Positions 49,797 through 62,746 are shown, numbered from the stretch's first letter. The stretch is 64,000 bases of DNA from Octopus vulgaris (GCA_951406725.2 OX597839.1:27962001-28026000), one strand, 5' to 3'. The notes: a model not told the origin generated them from the sequence alone. Program-made: numbers and translations.

Positions 49797-52700
49797 ATAC
49801 AACAAAAAAAGCTGCGCAGCCGCAAGACAGATTGACATGGAGTGATGCAAGCCGTTAATCTTTATTCATTTTGCTCTCTCTCCGTTTTGTCATTCTCTCT
49901 CCATTTTATTTTCCTCTCCTTCCTTTCTCTCAAAGAGTTTAGGCTCAAAACGCCATTATTTGGGGACCCCCCAAAAAATGCTGGTGTCACACAGGGCCAG
50001 CTCAAGGTACCAGTAACTTGGGCAGTCACCTGGGGTGCCATGTGTTTTTTTTAGGCTACACTTTCAGTTTTTCTCCGTGTGAAAGTTTTTTTAAAAATTA
50101 TACTTGTAAGGACGCTGAAGTTCAGCATACCCGGGGTGCCAGCAACCCTAGAGCCAGCCCCTGGTGCCACATAAAAAGCACTGGTGCCATGTAACAAGCA
50201 CCCAAGATACTATGTGAAGTGGTTGCCATTAGGAAGGGCTGAGAAGAGAGCCTGGTGCAGTTCTCTGGTTTGCCAGTTCTTGGTGGGAGGCGGATGATGA
50301 TGGTGGTGATGATGGTGGTGATGTTGGTGGTGGGGGGTCGGGATGAATTTCTACCATAGATGTATGTGTCGTGTATATGAATGCGTATGCATCTGTGTGT
50401 GTATACACGTATATGTGTGTGTGTGTGCTTGTGTGTTTATATGCATGTATGTGTCTACATATGACTGTTGTATGTGTTCATATGTGTGTCTGTGTTTATA
50501 CATGTGCGTGTGTGTATGTGTGTGCGTGTGTGTGTGTGTAATTAGTTGGTGAACCTTAGGACCCAACTCCCTCCCCACCCTACCACATGTGACATTTCCC
50601 TCTGCAGTAGTAATAATGATGATGATAATGATGATGATGAAAAAATGCTGACCCCTGAAGGATGATGGATTGCCCCTTGAACTATCAAATTTGGTAGCAG
50701 CATGGGAAACACTTCCTGTTTCCACACAAATCCCCACTCCCAGCTCTTCTCTGCACACACACACACACACATACTTACACATGCACACACACCTCTCTCA
50801 GGGTACACCACCATCAGCACCACTCTGTGTGTGTACGGGTGCGGGTGCGTGCGCTAGCTGCCTCCTCATCACTCCAAATGATGTTGCTGGTTCGGCTGCG
50901 GGGTGGCGGGGAAAGATGAGTAGGGAGACGGGTGGGGGTGGGGTGGGGGTGATTGTGATGCCTGGGAAGAAATCGCTGTATCCTGTAGGTCTTCCTGCTT
51001 CACTTCAATCCCAGCTTCTCATGTCTGGTGTCCAGCGATGGTGGTGGTGGTGGTGGTGGTGGTACTGATGGTGGCAGTGGTACTGATGGTGGCAGTGGTG
51101 GTGCCAATAGCAATAGTGCTGGCAGTGGTAGTGGTGGTAGTGGTGGTGGTGGTAGTAGTGGTGGTGGTGGTGGTGGTAGTAGTGGTGGTGGTGGTAGTGG
51201 TGGTGGTGGTGGTAGTAGTGGTGGTGATTAACATAGTGTGTGTGTGTATGAATAATAGTTGTGTTCAATCCACAGCTGTGTTATTAGGGAGCAGGCATGG
51301 CTGTGTGGTTAAGCAGTTTGCTTCCCAACCACATGATTCCGGGTTCAGTTCTACTGTAAAGTACCTTGGGAAAACATCTTTTACTATAACCTCAACCTCA
51401 CTTAAATTTTGTGACTGTATGTAAGGTGGACGCTGCCATATATCATCATCATCATCATCATCATTTAATGTCCATTGCCCATGCTGGCAAGCTGGAGGGG
51501 GGGTGGAGGCTGCAACAGACATGTATGTGTGTATTCTTACAAAACTTCCCACTCTGTCCCCTTGCCCCACTCACCCTGTCTAATCGTCTGTATCAGTTCA
51601 CCTTTATTTTCCCTTCCACTGTACGTTGAGGGTGTGTCTTGACACATCTCCACCACCATCCCGCTCACTATCACTCTATTTCTCCTTAAGTCTCGCTTTC
51701 TCTCCTATCTTTCCCCCCTGGGGCATCCTTGTTTCTTTTTTACAACATGACCCCTATCTCAATCCCTCTATTATTCCTTTAACACCTCATCAACTGGCTC
51801 AAAGCCATCTCCCTCAATACTATTTCCTCTCTCGATCGAGGGGCCTTTGTCTTGCGAGTTACATGGTGACCTCACCGGTGCTTGGGCCATACAAAAAGCA
51901 CCCAATGTGCTCTGTAAAGAAGTTGACATTAGGAAGGGCACAAAGCAATGGAAACCATGCCAAAGCAGACAGCAGAGCTTGGCAGGGTCTTCTGGTTTGC
52001 CAGTTCCTGCAAAACCATCCAACCCATGCCAGCATGGAAAACGGTGGTTAAATGATAATGACAATTTTGAACAGATAGATAAACAGCTAGACAGACAGAC
52101 AGACAGTTTTCATTTGCCAAGTCCACTCATGAGGCATCGGTCAGTCTGTTGAGTTGTGTGTGTGTTTGTGTGTTTATGTCCACATTTGTGTTTTGTGTGT
52201 TTGACACAACTCTGTTGACCTGACATAAAAAAAAGCAGTACAATGTCCAAAAAGTAATTTTGCCATTTGATGAAATAGATGAAGAATATTTCTTGGAATT
52301 TAGCAGTTTCAGTAGAGCAGCATTTGTAATACGGAATCATATTCCAAATGAATTGCAAACTACTTCACCAAACTTACCCAAGGCACAGTTCTTATGACCA
52401 AAGTTCTCTCAAAGAACTTTCAAATTTCAAGCCAGTTTCAGTGGAAGCTATTCTACCCTTTCAAATCAAATTCCCATTTTGAATTATCGGATCTACAGCA
52501 ATAGCATCATTGAAGTATTGCCCTGCCCAGCTTTTATGTAAACTGCATGCATCACTGGAGACAAGGTCCTTATGCTTTCAGTCCCTATTCTAAAGAGATC
52601 TCAGAAGGCTTTCTTTGTTGATATTTAGACATTGGCTAAGGTTGTAGCACTTATAGAGAATCTTTGGTGGGGAAGTCAGTGCAGTATCCTTTGATAGAAA

Positions 52701-52804
52701 AACAGATCAATTTAAAGCTAAATTAAATTAGCAATAAGGAGTCAATATCTGCATCACTTTGGAAGAATGATACACATTAGCTTCTACATTATTGATAAAA
52801 AAAG

Positions 52805-53210
52805 ATAGCAAGCTAGCAGAATCGTTAACACGCTGGACGAAATGCTATAGGCAGCGAGCTGGCAGAAACGGTAGCACGCCGGGCGAAATGCTTAGCGGTA
52901 TTTCGTCTGCGTTACGTAGTGAGTTCAAATTCCGCCGAGGTCGACTTTGCCTTTCATCCTTTCGGGGTCGATAAATTAAGTACCAGTTACGCACTGGGGT
53001 CGATATAATCGACTTAATACCTATGTCTGTCCTTGTTTGTCCCCTCTATGTTTAGCCCCTTGTGGGTAGTAAAGAAATAGGTATTTCACCAGTTGCTACG
53101 TTCTGAGTTCAAATTCTGCTGAGGTCAACTTTGCCTTCCATCCTTTCGGAGTCAATAAAATAAATACCAGTTGAACACAAGGGTCCATGTAATTAACTTA
53201 TACCCCCCTC
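52805..53210 (+). mobile_element. SINE C nested inside an older SINE C
   Basis: Outer head agctagcagaatcgttaac..gaaatgctatagg, complete inner copy ~52850-53080, outer body resumes tatttcaccagttgctacgttctgag. Confidence 0.82.
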
Positions 53211-53311
53211 CCCCCGCCTCAGAAGTTGACCTTTTAATACAATTAAACTTTGACCTTTTAATACCAATGATCAACTTGTAATTGTTAATTGTTGCTCCAT
53301 TTCTTTTCTTA

Positions 53312-53351
<40 letters not shown>

Positions 53352-53355
<4 letters not shown>

Positions 53356-53760
53356 CGCAAGAGTGGCTGTGTGGTAAGTAGCTTGCTAACCAACCACATG
53401 GTTCCGGGTTCAGTCCCACTGCGTGGCACCTTGGGCAAGTGTCTTCTACTATAGCCCCGGGCCGACCAATGCCTTGTGAGTGGATTTGGTAGACGGAAAC
53501 TGAAAGAATCCTGTCGTATATATTTATATATATATATGTGTGTGTGTGTTTGTGTGTCTGTGTTTGTCCCCCTAGCATTGCTTGACAACCAATGCTGGTG
53601 TGTTCACGTCCCCGTTACTTAGCGGTTCAGCAAAAAAGAGACCGATAGAATAAGTACTGGGCTTACAAAGAATAAGTCCCGGGGTCGATTTGCTTGACTA
53701 AAGGCAGTGCTCTAGCATGGCCACAGTCAAATGACTGAAACAAGTAAAAGAGTAAAAGAG
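53352..53760 (+). mobile_element. SINE family A in (TA)n
   Basis: Full-length match. Confidence 0.92.
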
Positions 53761-54027
53761 TATATATATATATATATATAATGGGCTTCTTGCAGTTTCC
53801 ATCTTCCAGATTCCTTCATAAGGCATTGGTCAGCCCAGGACTACAATAAAAGACACGTAGCCAAAGTGCCACATGTTGGGACTGAACCCCAAACCACAGT
53901 GTTGCTAGGCAAACTTCTTAACCACAAAGCTATGTGTTATATCTACACCACTTCAATATTTATGAAACAGGAAAAAACATTAAAAAAAAACAGATCAAAA
54001 GTATTGATTATTAAATTTTGGTTAGGA

Positions 54028-54058
<31 letters not shown>

Positions 54059-54079
54059 ATATATATAAATATATATATA

Positions 54080-54128
<49 letters not shown>

Positions 54129-54540
54129 CTTTTGATATTTTAAATGCGAATACAATAAAGGATTTGGTTTCAAAGAGAATGTTTTGTTCTCAGTTGAGAT
54201 GGGGGGTGGTTAAAAAAAGACCATCAGGATTTTTGATGTTGTATCAATATTTTAATCAATTTATCTCGCTTGCATCCATCCTGTATTATGACCAGACACA
54301 GTTTTGAAGAATAGAAACAGCAAATAATGAGGTCTGGTGGGTGGGGTGGGGGAAACAAACTGGAAACCAGTGGTGTGGGCACGACTGGAATAACCAGTCC
54401 TGTCTTTTATGAAATAGTAAGTACTTCCAGTGAAATGGTTTTAGTCTCACTGCATGGCACCACAAGCATCTTCTACTATAGCCCTAGGCTGACCAAAGCT
54501 TTGTGAGTGATTTAGCGGAGAGAAACTGAAAGAAGCCCAT

Positions 54541-54948
54541 CAGGCATGGCTGTGTGGTAAGAAGCTTGCTTCCCAGGCACATGGTTCCAGGTTCAGTCCC
54601 ACTGTGTGGCACCTTGGGCAAGTATCTTCTACTATAGCCTTGGGCCAACCAAAGCCTTGTGAGTGGATTTGGTTGACGGAAACTGAAAGAAGCCCATCAT
54701 ATATATATGTGTGTGTGTGTGTGTTTGTATGTATATGTTTGTGTGTCTGTGTTTGTCCCGGCCACCATTGCTTGACAACCGATGTTGGTGTCTTTACATC
54801 CCTGTAACTTTGCTGTTCAGCAAAGGAGATCAATAGAATAAATACTCGGCTTACAAAGAATAAGTCCTGGGGTTGATTTGTTCGACTAAAGGCAGTGCTC
54901 CAGCATGGCCACAGTCAAATGACTGAAACAAGTAAAAGAGCAAAAGAA
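54541..54948 (+). mobile_element. SINE family A
   Basis: Full-length match, preceded by a degenerate 5' half at ~54410-54540. Confidence 0.88.
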
Positions 54949-55199
54949 TATATATATATATATATATATATGATATTTGATTAATAAGTGAGACAGAAAA
55001 TGAAAGACATGAGAATGTTTATTACTCATTACAGATGTTTCAACTCGTCCAGCATCAATCCCTCATGAGTGAAATACTGAACGACTAGTTTAGAAATGCC
55101 TTTATTATCCATGAATTTATTCCATATATTTTTCTTCATTCAACTTCACCCATATTATCCTTTGTGGAACTTAAAATGTCTTTTGTGGCCTCCGTTAGA

Positions 55200-55760
55200 T
55201 TTGCAGACCTTCTGGCATATACTGCTTTCAAAAGTGTGCACAGACCTATAAGCAGAATAGTTGGTGGAGGTTCGTTTTCCATGGGTTCGCAAATAAGATT
55301 TGAGCCCAGCAGATTTGGTTATCACAAGACACATTGACCTGAGGAATTTCCTCCTGACTTGATCTTTTCAGAGCATTGACTGCAGCACAGACCGCTTCCT
55401 GGTTTGCTCTAATCTCAAGTTCCAACCAAAGATAATGCATTCGCCAAGCCCCCCAGGCAAGCAGTGCCTCAACACTACCGCAACCCAACAACCAACAAAG
55501 ATACATTCTTCAAGACACTAGAAAATGCCCTTCTTGCAGACCCACCAGAAGGCAATGTTCAGCAGAAATGAGGCTCTCTCGGTGACATCATCCATAGCAC
55601 TGCACAGTGGGCCTTTGGGAAGATGAGGAGGAGGAAAATGACACATGACTGGTTTGAGGCAAATGTGAAAGAACTCAATACACCCATGGAAGAGAAGTGT
55701 ATTGCTCTGCTGAAGCATAAACACCTACCCACGAGAGGAATGCTGCAAGCATGGGCAGAT
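55200..55760 (+). pseudogene. RTE-clade LINE ORF fragment (APE endonuclease C-terminus plus linker)
   Basis: Manual translation DLVITRHIDLRNFLLT*SFQSIDCSTDRFLVCSNLK resembles the APE S/TDH motif region; ORF 55623 gives HDWFEANVKELNTPMEEKCIALL. Confidence 0.7.
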
Positions 55761-55971
55761 TTCATATTTTGTCTTTTTTTTTATGTCCTGCAAGGTACTT
55801 GTTGGTGTTGATGCCTCATGTACCCAGTCTGCTCTATAAAGTGGTTGGCATTAGGAAGGGCATCGAGCCATAGAAACCACGCCAAAACACACGGAGCTTG
55901 GTATGGCTTGCAGCCTTGCTAGCTTCTGTCAAACCTTCCAACCCATGATGACAATGATGATGATATATATA

Positions 55972-56007
<36 letters not shown>

Positions 56008-56382
56008 TGTATATATAAAACCTGCCCAAACCAGGACAAGAAATGTGAGCTCTTGCAAATAGGTTTATGCATAGCCTTGCATGTTAAGTAACTAACTTTG
56101 CAGAAGAAATTTATGGGAATTAAATTTGTTTTTAATAAAGCTTTGTTGTGAAGGCATCCTGTCGGTCTTTGGTTTGAAAACGATGCAGGAATTGATAAGA
56201 ACATCTCAGACAGATTGTAATGAAAGACAATTATAGAAATACTGGAATGAAATGCTACAAATGTGTGTATCTCTGTGTATGTGTGCATTTGTGTGTATGT
56301 ATATGTGTATGTGTGTATGTATATGTGTGTTTTTCTGTGTATGTGTGTCTGTGTGTGCACATCACACATTTTACCATCTTAA

Positions 56383-56604
56383 CCCTTTTGATACCAACCC
56401 GCATGAAACCGCCTCTGGCTCTGTAGTACAAATGTCTTCTTTTCATAAGTTCTGAATTAAAATCTTCCACCAAACCTTAGTCACAATTTATGTTCCTAAA
56501 ACTAGCTGAATGATAACCAAGTTATTTTACTAAATTCTTTGTTAAATTTAAAATGAATTGAAAGAAACACAGAGCATCTCAACAGAAATACAGTAATGAA
56601 AGGG
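56383..56604. mobile_element. piggyBac-type MITE, second family
   Basis: TTAA|cccttt ... aaaggg|TTAA; homologous to 26516-26773. Confidence 0.85.
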
Positions 56605-57024
56605 TTAATAAAGAAGGACACTTTTGACAATGTTGTCCTAGCTCTACCCTTTTTCCTGAAAGGACAGGATGGTCATGGTTGGAATGCCTCTGGCCATAGG
56701 TATGCTCAATCAGAGCTGGCTAAATAACAACAACAATCAAGTGAAGTCTGGTATGTAGGGGGAAGTTACATTGCACATCATCGCCATCATCCTCATCATC
56801 ATCATCATCATCATCACCACATTATGCTTAAAAGTTATAATTAATGTTATTGCATAAGTGTGGCTGTGTGGTATGAAGTTTGCTTCCCCACCACATGGTT
56901 CCGAGTTCAGTCCCACTGCATGGTACCTTGGGCAAGTGTCTTCTACTATAGCCTCAGACGTGACCAAAGCTTTGTGGCTGGATTAGTAGATGGAAACTGA
57001 AATAAGCCCGCCACATACATATAT

Positions 57025-57390
57025 CATCATCATCGTCATTTAGCATCCGTTGTCCATGCTGGCATGGGTTGGACAGTTTGACTAGGCTGATAAGCTGGAA
57101 AGGCTGCACCAGGCTCCACTCTGATTTGGCGTGGTTTTCTATGGCCGGATGCCCTCCCTAACACCAGCCACTCCGAGAGTGTAATGGATGCTTTTACTTG
57201 CCACCGGCATGCCATTTGCGTGACACTGGTATCTGCCATACCTGAGATTTTGCTTGGCTTGATGGGTCTTCTTCTCAAGCACAACATAATGCCAAAGGTC
57301 TTGGTCATTGCGTCTGTGAGACCCAACACTTGAAAGGAACTCAGCCACCTTGCCTCCATGTGGCCCAGGAGCTTGGTCACTTTGCCACCT
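57025..57390 (-). mobile_element. RTE-clade LINE 3' end including last codons
   Basis: Minus frames VLGLTDAMT and DQDLWHYVVLEKKTHQAK followed by the family B tail and (GAT)n. Confidence 0.78.
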
Positions 57391-57869
57391 CCCTTCCAAT
57401 GAAAGAAAACCAAAAGAAAAAACATATTTCAGTATATACATGTGTGTGTGTTTGCCCCACATGGCATCTTGACAACCGGTGTTGGTATGTTTATGGTCCA
57501 TAACTTAACAGTTCAAACAAAGAGGTTAATAATGTAAGTACCAGGCTTGCAAAAATGTAAGGACTCAGAGTTGATTCATTTGAGTAAAATGTCTTTAAGG
57601 TGGTGCCCCAGCATGGCCCCAGCCTAATGACTGAAACAAGTAAATCATTCCCTATCTTATAAAAAATCTAATGCTCTTAGCTTAGACTTTTTGGGGAGCA
57701 ACCAGATTGAACAGTCTCAGGTGTAACTGCCCGAAACTGTAAGGACATCTGGTAACTTGACTGACGAAAGGAGGCCACAAATGATCCGTTCTTTTTTTCC
57801 TGTCTGCCTTTGTATCGTTTATCTGTCCAGATGTTTTATTGTCCTCTTGTGTGTTTGTTCCATTCATAC

Positions 57870-57948
<79 letters not shown>

Positions 57949-58102
57949 GTGAATCCAAACAAAGAAGGAACCCACAAGAGTAAGCAAGAGAGACAGAGAC
58001 AGGCAGAAACAAGGAAAATACCCCTTGTATTTGAATACTATGCAAATATTCTTTAAAAAAACGTTTCTTTTAATTTTTCCAAAACTTAATTGTTTTCCAT
58101 AC

Positions 58103-58144
58103 TTACAGTTGACAAAGTCTCAATGACTGAAACCGGTACTGAAA
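58103..58144 (+). ncRNA. Minimal hammerhead motif, U3/A8 core
   Basis: ttacag-TTGACAA-agtc tcaat gact-GAAA-ccgg-TA-ctgaaa; perfect 4-bp stem II, palindromic stem III accggt. Confidence 0.62.
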
Positions 58145-58210
58145 TGTTTTTTATAAAATTATTTTAGCATTTTCTACCTTGACCGTTTTTCCATATACAA
58201 ACACATTTAT

Positions 58211-58575
58211 ATAGGCACAGGAGTGGCTGTATGGTAAGTAGCTTGCCTCCCAACCACATGGTCATCTACTATAGCCTCAGGCTGACCAAAGTCTTGTGAG
58301 TGCATTTGGTAGTTGGAAACTGAAAAGAAGCCCATCATATACATATATATATGTGTGTGTGTGTGTATGCGTATGTTTGTGTGTCTGTATTCATTCCCCC
58401 ACCGTTGCTTGACGACCAATGTTGGTGTGTTTACCTCCCTCTAACTCAGCAGTTTGGCTAAAGAAACTGATAGCATAAGTACTAGGCTTACAAAGAATAA
58501 GTCCTGCGGTCGATTTGTTCAACTAAAGGCGGTGCTCCAGCATGGCTGCAGTCAAATGACTGAAACAAGTAAAAA
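58211..58575 (+). mobile_element. SINE family A with internal deletion
   Basis: Head and tail match family A. Confidence 0.85.
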
Positions 58576-58709
58576 TAAAACAATATATATATATATATAT
58601 ATTGTTTTATTTTTTACTTGTTTCATATATATATATATATATACCAGAGTAAACACATAAATGTGAAACAAGGTGGAAAAAAGAGTACTCAAATACCAGT
58701 GGTAGAGTA

Positions 58710-58877
58710 ATATGCTTTATTTAAAGCAGCAGAAAATTCAACAAAACCTGTTACTCTGAGTTTCCCGTTGCCGTTCGTCGGACAGTTTTTGCTAGCAAAA
58801 ACTGTCCGATGAACGGCAACGGGAAACTCAGAGTAACAGGTTTTGTTGAATTTTCTGCTGCTTTAAATAAAGTATAT
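58710..58877. mobile_element. 168-bp spacerless palindrome carrying two opposed hammerhead-like motifs
   Basis: Centre gct|agc at 58793/58794, two mismatches over 84-bp arms; embedded between (TA)n tracts. Confidence 0.85.
58797..58844 (+). ncRNA. Hammerhead-like motif with variant core (CCGATGA)
   Basis: aaaaactgt-CCGATGA-acggcaacgg-GAAA-ctcagag-TA-acaggtttt; stem I 8 of 9 bp, GCAA tetraloop in stem II; mirror copy on minus strand at 58743-58790. Confidence 0.58.
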
Positions 58878-58886
58878 ATATATATA

Positions 58887-59265
58887 TAGGCGCAGGAGTG
58901 GCTGTGTGGTAAGTAGCTTGCTTACCAACCACATGGTTCCGGGTTCAGTCCCACTGCGTGGCATCTTGGGCAAGTGTCTTCTGCTATAGCCCCGGGCCGA
59001 CCAAAGCCTTGTGAGTGGATTTGGTAGACGGAAACTGAAAGAAGCCTGTCGTATATATGCATATATATATATTTATGTGTCTGTGTTTGTCCCCTTAGCA
59101 TTGCTTAACAACTGATGCTGGTGTGTTTACGTCCCCGTCACTTAGCGGTTCGGCAAAAGAGACCGATAGAATAAGTACTGGGCTTACAAAGAATATGTTC
59201 CGGGATCGATTTGCTCGACTAAAGGCGGTGCTCCAGCATGGCCGCAGTCAAATGACTGAAACATG
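58887..59265 (+). mobile_element. SINE family A
   Basis: Full-length match. Confidence 0.9.
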
Positions 59266-59640
59266 TATAAAAACAAAATATATATATATATATATCATCA
59301 TCATTGTTTAATGTCCGTTTTCCATGCTAGCATGGGTTGGATGAACATGCTATCATGAATATGAGCATTGGTGCAAAAACACATGCTATCACTTAGCCCC
59401 ACACACACACACATCCAAATAAAAGATTATCTCTTCCCAACATGAGCACACACACACAACTCAGTTCTCAAGTGTGCCTCCGCTTGGCAGCCAGCTGTCA
59501 GGAAACTTTCAAAATAAGATAACAATGAAATATATGTCCCACACACCACTTACACCAACAACTCTCTCACCCTCAAGAAGAAGCTGCAGGAATGAACCTG
59601 TGTGTGTGTGTTTGTGTATGTTGATCTGTGTGTCTGAGTC

Positions 59641-59671
<31 letters not shown>

Positions 59672-60186
59672 GTGTGTGTGTGTGTGTATGTGTGTTGATC
59701 TGTGTGTCTGTGTTTGTGTGTATCTGTGTGTGTGTTTGTGTGTGTGTCTGTGTGTGTCTGCGTCTGTGTGTGTGTTTGTACCTGTCCGTGTGTTTGTGCA
59801 TGTGTCTGTGTGTGTTTGTGTATGCATGTAGATGTGTAGGTATGTGTATCTCTGTGTCTGTATGTGTGTGTATGTATAGATGTGTGTGTGTGTTGGGATG
59901 GGGCACACACATGTAATATCCTGAAGTTTTCAAAATTGAATTTAGGGAAGAAAGAAAGAAAAAAAAAAAGTGTTGGGAAGAGGGAAGACTTTGGCGGCGG
60001 GGGGGGGTTGTTGTTTTCTGTTTTATCTTATTTTATTTATTTATTTATTAAAATTCAAGTCTGAAGGATTCAGTAAGTTACAGACCTGCATACACACTTA
60101 CATACACACATCTGTGTGTGTGAGTGTGTGTATAAGAGTGTGTACATGTATATACATGTATAAGTGTATGTGTGTATACAAACATT

Positions 60187-60224
<38 letters not shown>

Positions 60225-60227
<3 letters not shown>

Positions 60228-60602
60228 TCTTTTACTTGTTTCAGTCATTTGACTGTGGCCATGCTGGAGTACCTTCTTTTTAGAGAAACAAATCGACCCC
60301 AGGAACTTATTCTTTATAAGCCTAGTACTTATGCTATCGGTCTCTTTTACCGAACTACTAAGTCACGGGGGTCAAGCAATGGTGGGGGGGAGGACAAACA
60401 CAGACACAGAAACATACACACACGCACACATATTATATATATACGACAAGCTTCTTTCAGTTTCCATCTACCAAATCCACTCACAAGGCTTTGGTCAGCC
60501 TGAGGCTATAGCAGAAGACACTTGCCCAAGGTGCCACGCAGTGGGACTGAACCCGGGACCATGTGGTTGGTAAGCAAGCTACTTACCACACAGCCGCTCC
60601 TA
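60225..60602 (-). mobile_element. SINE family A
   Basis: Reverse-complement match with deletion. Confidence 0.85.
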
Positions 60603-60949
60603 CACACACAACAGAAGTTTATTATTGTGATTGCTTTTGGAATGGACCCTTTCTAGTAACAAGTAACAATAACAAGTTGATAATATTAAGCAGGGTCCCT
60701 AAAAATATTCTGAATGCATTTGGGACCCTTTCATTTCAGCAACAATAAAACATTTGATGACATCAAATTCTAACGAACCACATCCTCCAAATATTTATAT
60801 TTCTAGCTCGTCACATTTACAATTATCATTTTATTGTGCAATTAATTAATTTCATTGGTCAGTTGCCAGATTAATTCATTAACTGCCTGATTAAATAGCT
60901 TGATTGGTTAATTGCCTGATTAATCAATTTAACTGCCATGACTGCCATG

Positions 60950-61057
60950 ACACTGCATCCTTTAAGGCCCTCATGCTTTCCGAAATCCGCCGAAACTACA
61001 CCTGATTATATATACACTTTAGATGAGTTGTAGTGCACCTGAGCACTGTACACAATG

Positions 61058-61102
<45 letters not shown>

Positions 61103-61103
61103 T
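60950..61103 (+). mobile_element. CR1-like LINE 3' tail
   Basis: actgcatcctttaaggccctcatgctttccgaaatccgcc..gtgcacctgagcactgta plus (ATT)n; homologous to 15058-15278. Confidence 0.8.
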
Positions 61104-61838
61104 TAACTGCCTGGTTGGCTGATTAGTTGATTGTCTTGTTAATTAACCTGATTGGCTGGCTTGATCACTGGTTACCCGATTGGTTAATTGGCTGATTGGT
61201 TAGCTATTTCTCATTGATTGTCTGATTGTTTGTTGGCTGCTTGCTTGCTTGGTTTGTTGGCTGGTTGTCAAGTTGCCTTAGTTCACTTGCTGGCTGGCTG
61301 GGTGGATGGCTGGCTGTATGGATGGATGGGTGGGTGGATGGATGGATGGATGGATGGATGGGTGGGTGGGTGGGTGGATGGATGGATGGATGGTTGGTTG
61401 CTTGGTTGCTTGGTTGGTTGGATAGCCGGATGGACAGAATACCCAGCAGACTGTGTTACCTTGCTGAGACCTTTCTCTGCCTTAGAAAACTAAAAGTATT
61501 CCTGTATCTAAGAAAGAAATCATTATGCCTTCCTAACACTCTTATTCCGTCTTCATTTCACCCTTTTTCTACCCTTATACCAGCCTTTTTCTTTCTCAGT
61601 TTGATGGAATGATGCCGATAGTGGGATAAAAGATAAGCAGGTAATCAGAGATAGATAAACTGGCTGGATAAGACTGTGAAGGAAGCAACGGTGGGGATGA
61701 AGATTAGGGGTACCTGCCCCCTCTACCCATCCACCCCTGACTTCCTTAAAGTCTGGCGATGGAAGCAGAATGGGGAGTGTACTTGAAAGTGTGACGGTGT
61801 GGGTGCTTGTGAGCATTTTTGTCTGTGTGTGTATATAC

Positions 61839-61946
<108 letters not shown>

Positions 61947-61977
61947 GTGTATATATATATATGTGTATATATATATA

Positions 61978-62026
<49 letters not shown>

Positions 62027-62028
62027 GT

Positions 62029-62315
62029 GGAGGCGCAATGGCCTAGTGGTTAGGGCAGCGGACTCGCGGTCGCAGGATCACAATTTCGATTCCCAGACCG
62101 GGCGTTGTGTGTGTTTATTGAGCGATAACACCTAAAAAGCTCCACGAGGCTCCGGCAGGGGATGGTGGTGATCCCTGCTGTACTCTTTCACCACTCTTTC
62201 TTCTCTTGGCCTGCTCGCTTAGCCAGTGGGGTGGCGTCATTCGAAGGCTAAAACAAGGCGAACGCATTGTGACCAGCGATGTGTAACAACATCTGATGGT
62301 CTGGTCGGTCACGTG
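62029..62315 (+). mobile_element. SINE with family F head and a different tail
   Basis: Head and body match family F up to gtactctttcacca, then diverge (gcctgctcgcttagccagtggggtggcgtcattcgaagg..). Confidence 0.82.
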
Positions 62316-62341
62316 ATATATGTGATATATATATACACATA

Positions 62342-62722
62342 GAGACACAATGGCCCAGTGGTTAAGGCACCGAACTCGCGGCCATAGGATTGCAGTTTCG
62401 ATTCCCAGACTGGCTGTTGTGAATGTTTATTGAACGAAAACACCTAAAGCTCCATGAGGCCCTGGCAGGGGGTGGTGGTGAACCCTGCTGTACTCTTTCA
62501 CCACAACTTTCTCTCACTTTTTCTTCCTATTTCTGTTGTACTCGTGATTTCATAGGAACCAACCTTGTCACATACTGTGTTACGCTGAATCGCCCCCAAG
62601 AACTACGTTAAGGGTACACGTATCTGTGGAGTGCTCAGCCACTTGCATGTTAATTTCATGAGCAGGCTGTTCCGTTGATCGGATCAACTGGAACCCTAGT
62701 GGTCATAACCAACAGAGTGCCA
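62342..62722 (+). mobile_element. SINE family F
   Basis: Matches reverse complement of 33460-33846. Confidence 0.85.
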
Positions 62723-62746
62723 CAATATATATGTATGTGTGTATAA

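Noticed and set aside
57725-57780. GAAActgTA ... CTGACGA permuted hammerhead
   Set aside because: Could not form stems I and II adjacent to the core.
62029-62103. tRNA gene-like sequence with A and B boxes
   Set aside because: The acceptor stem does not pair, and it continues into a SINE body seen in several copies; the same holds for the heads of families A and E.
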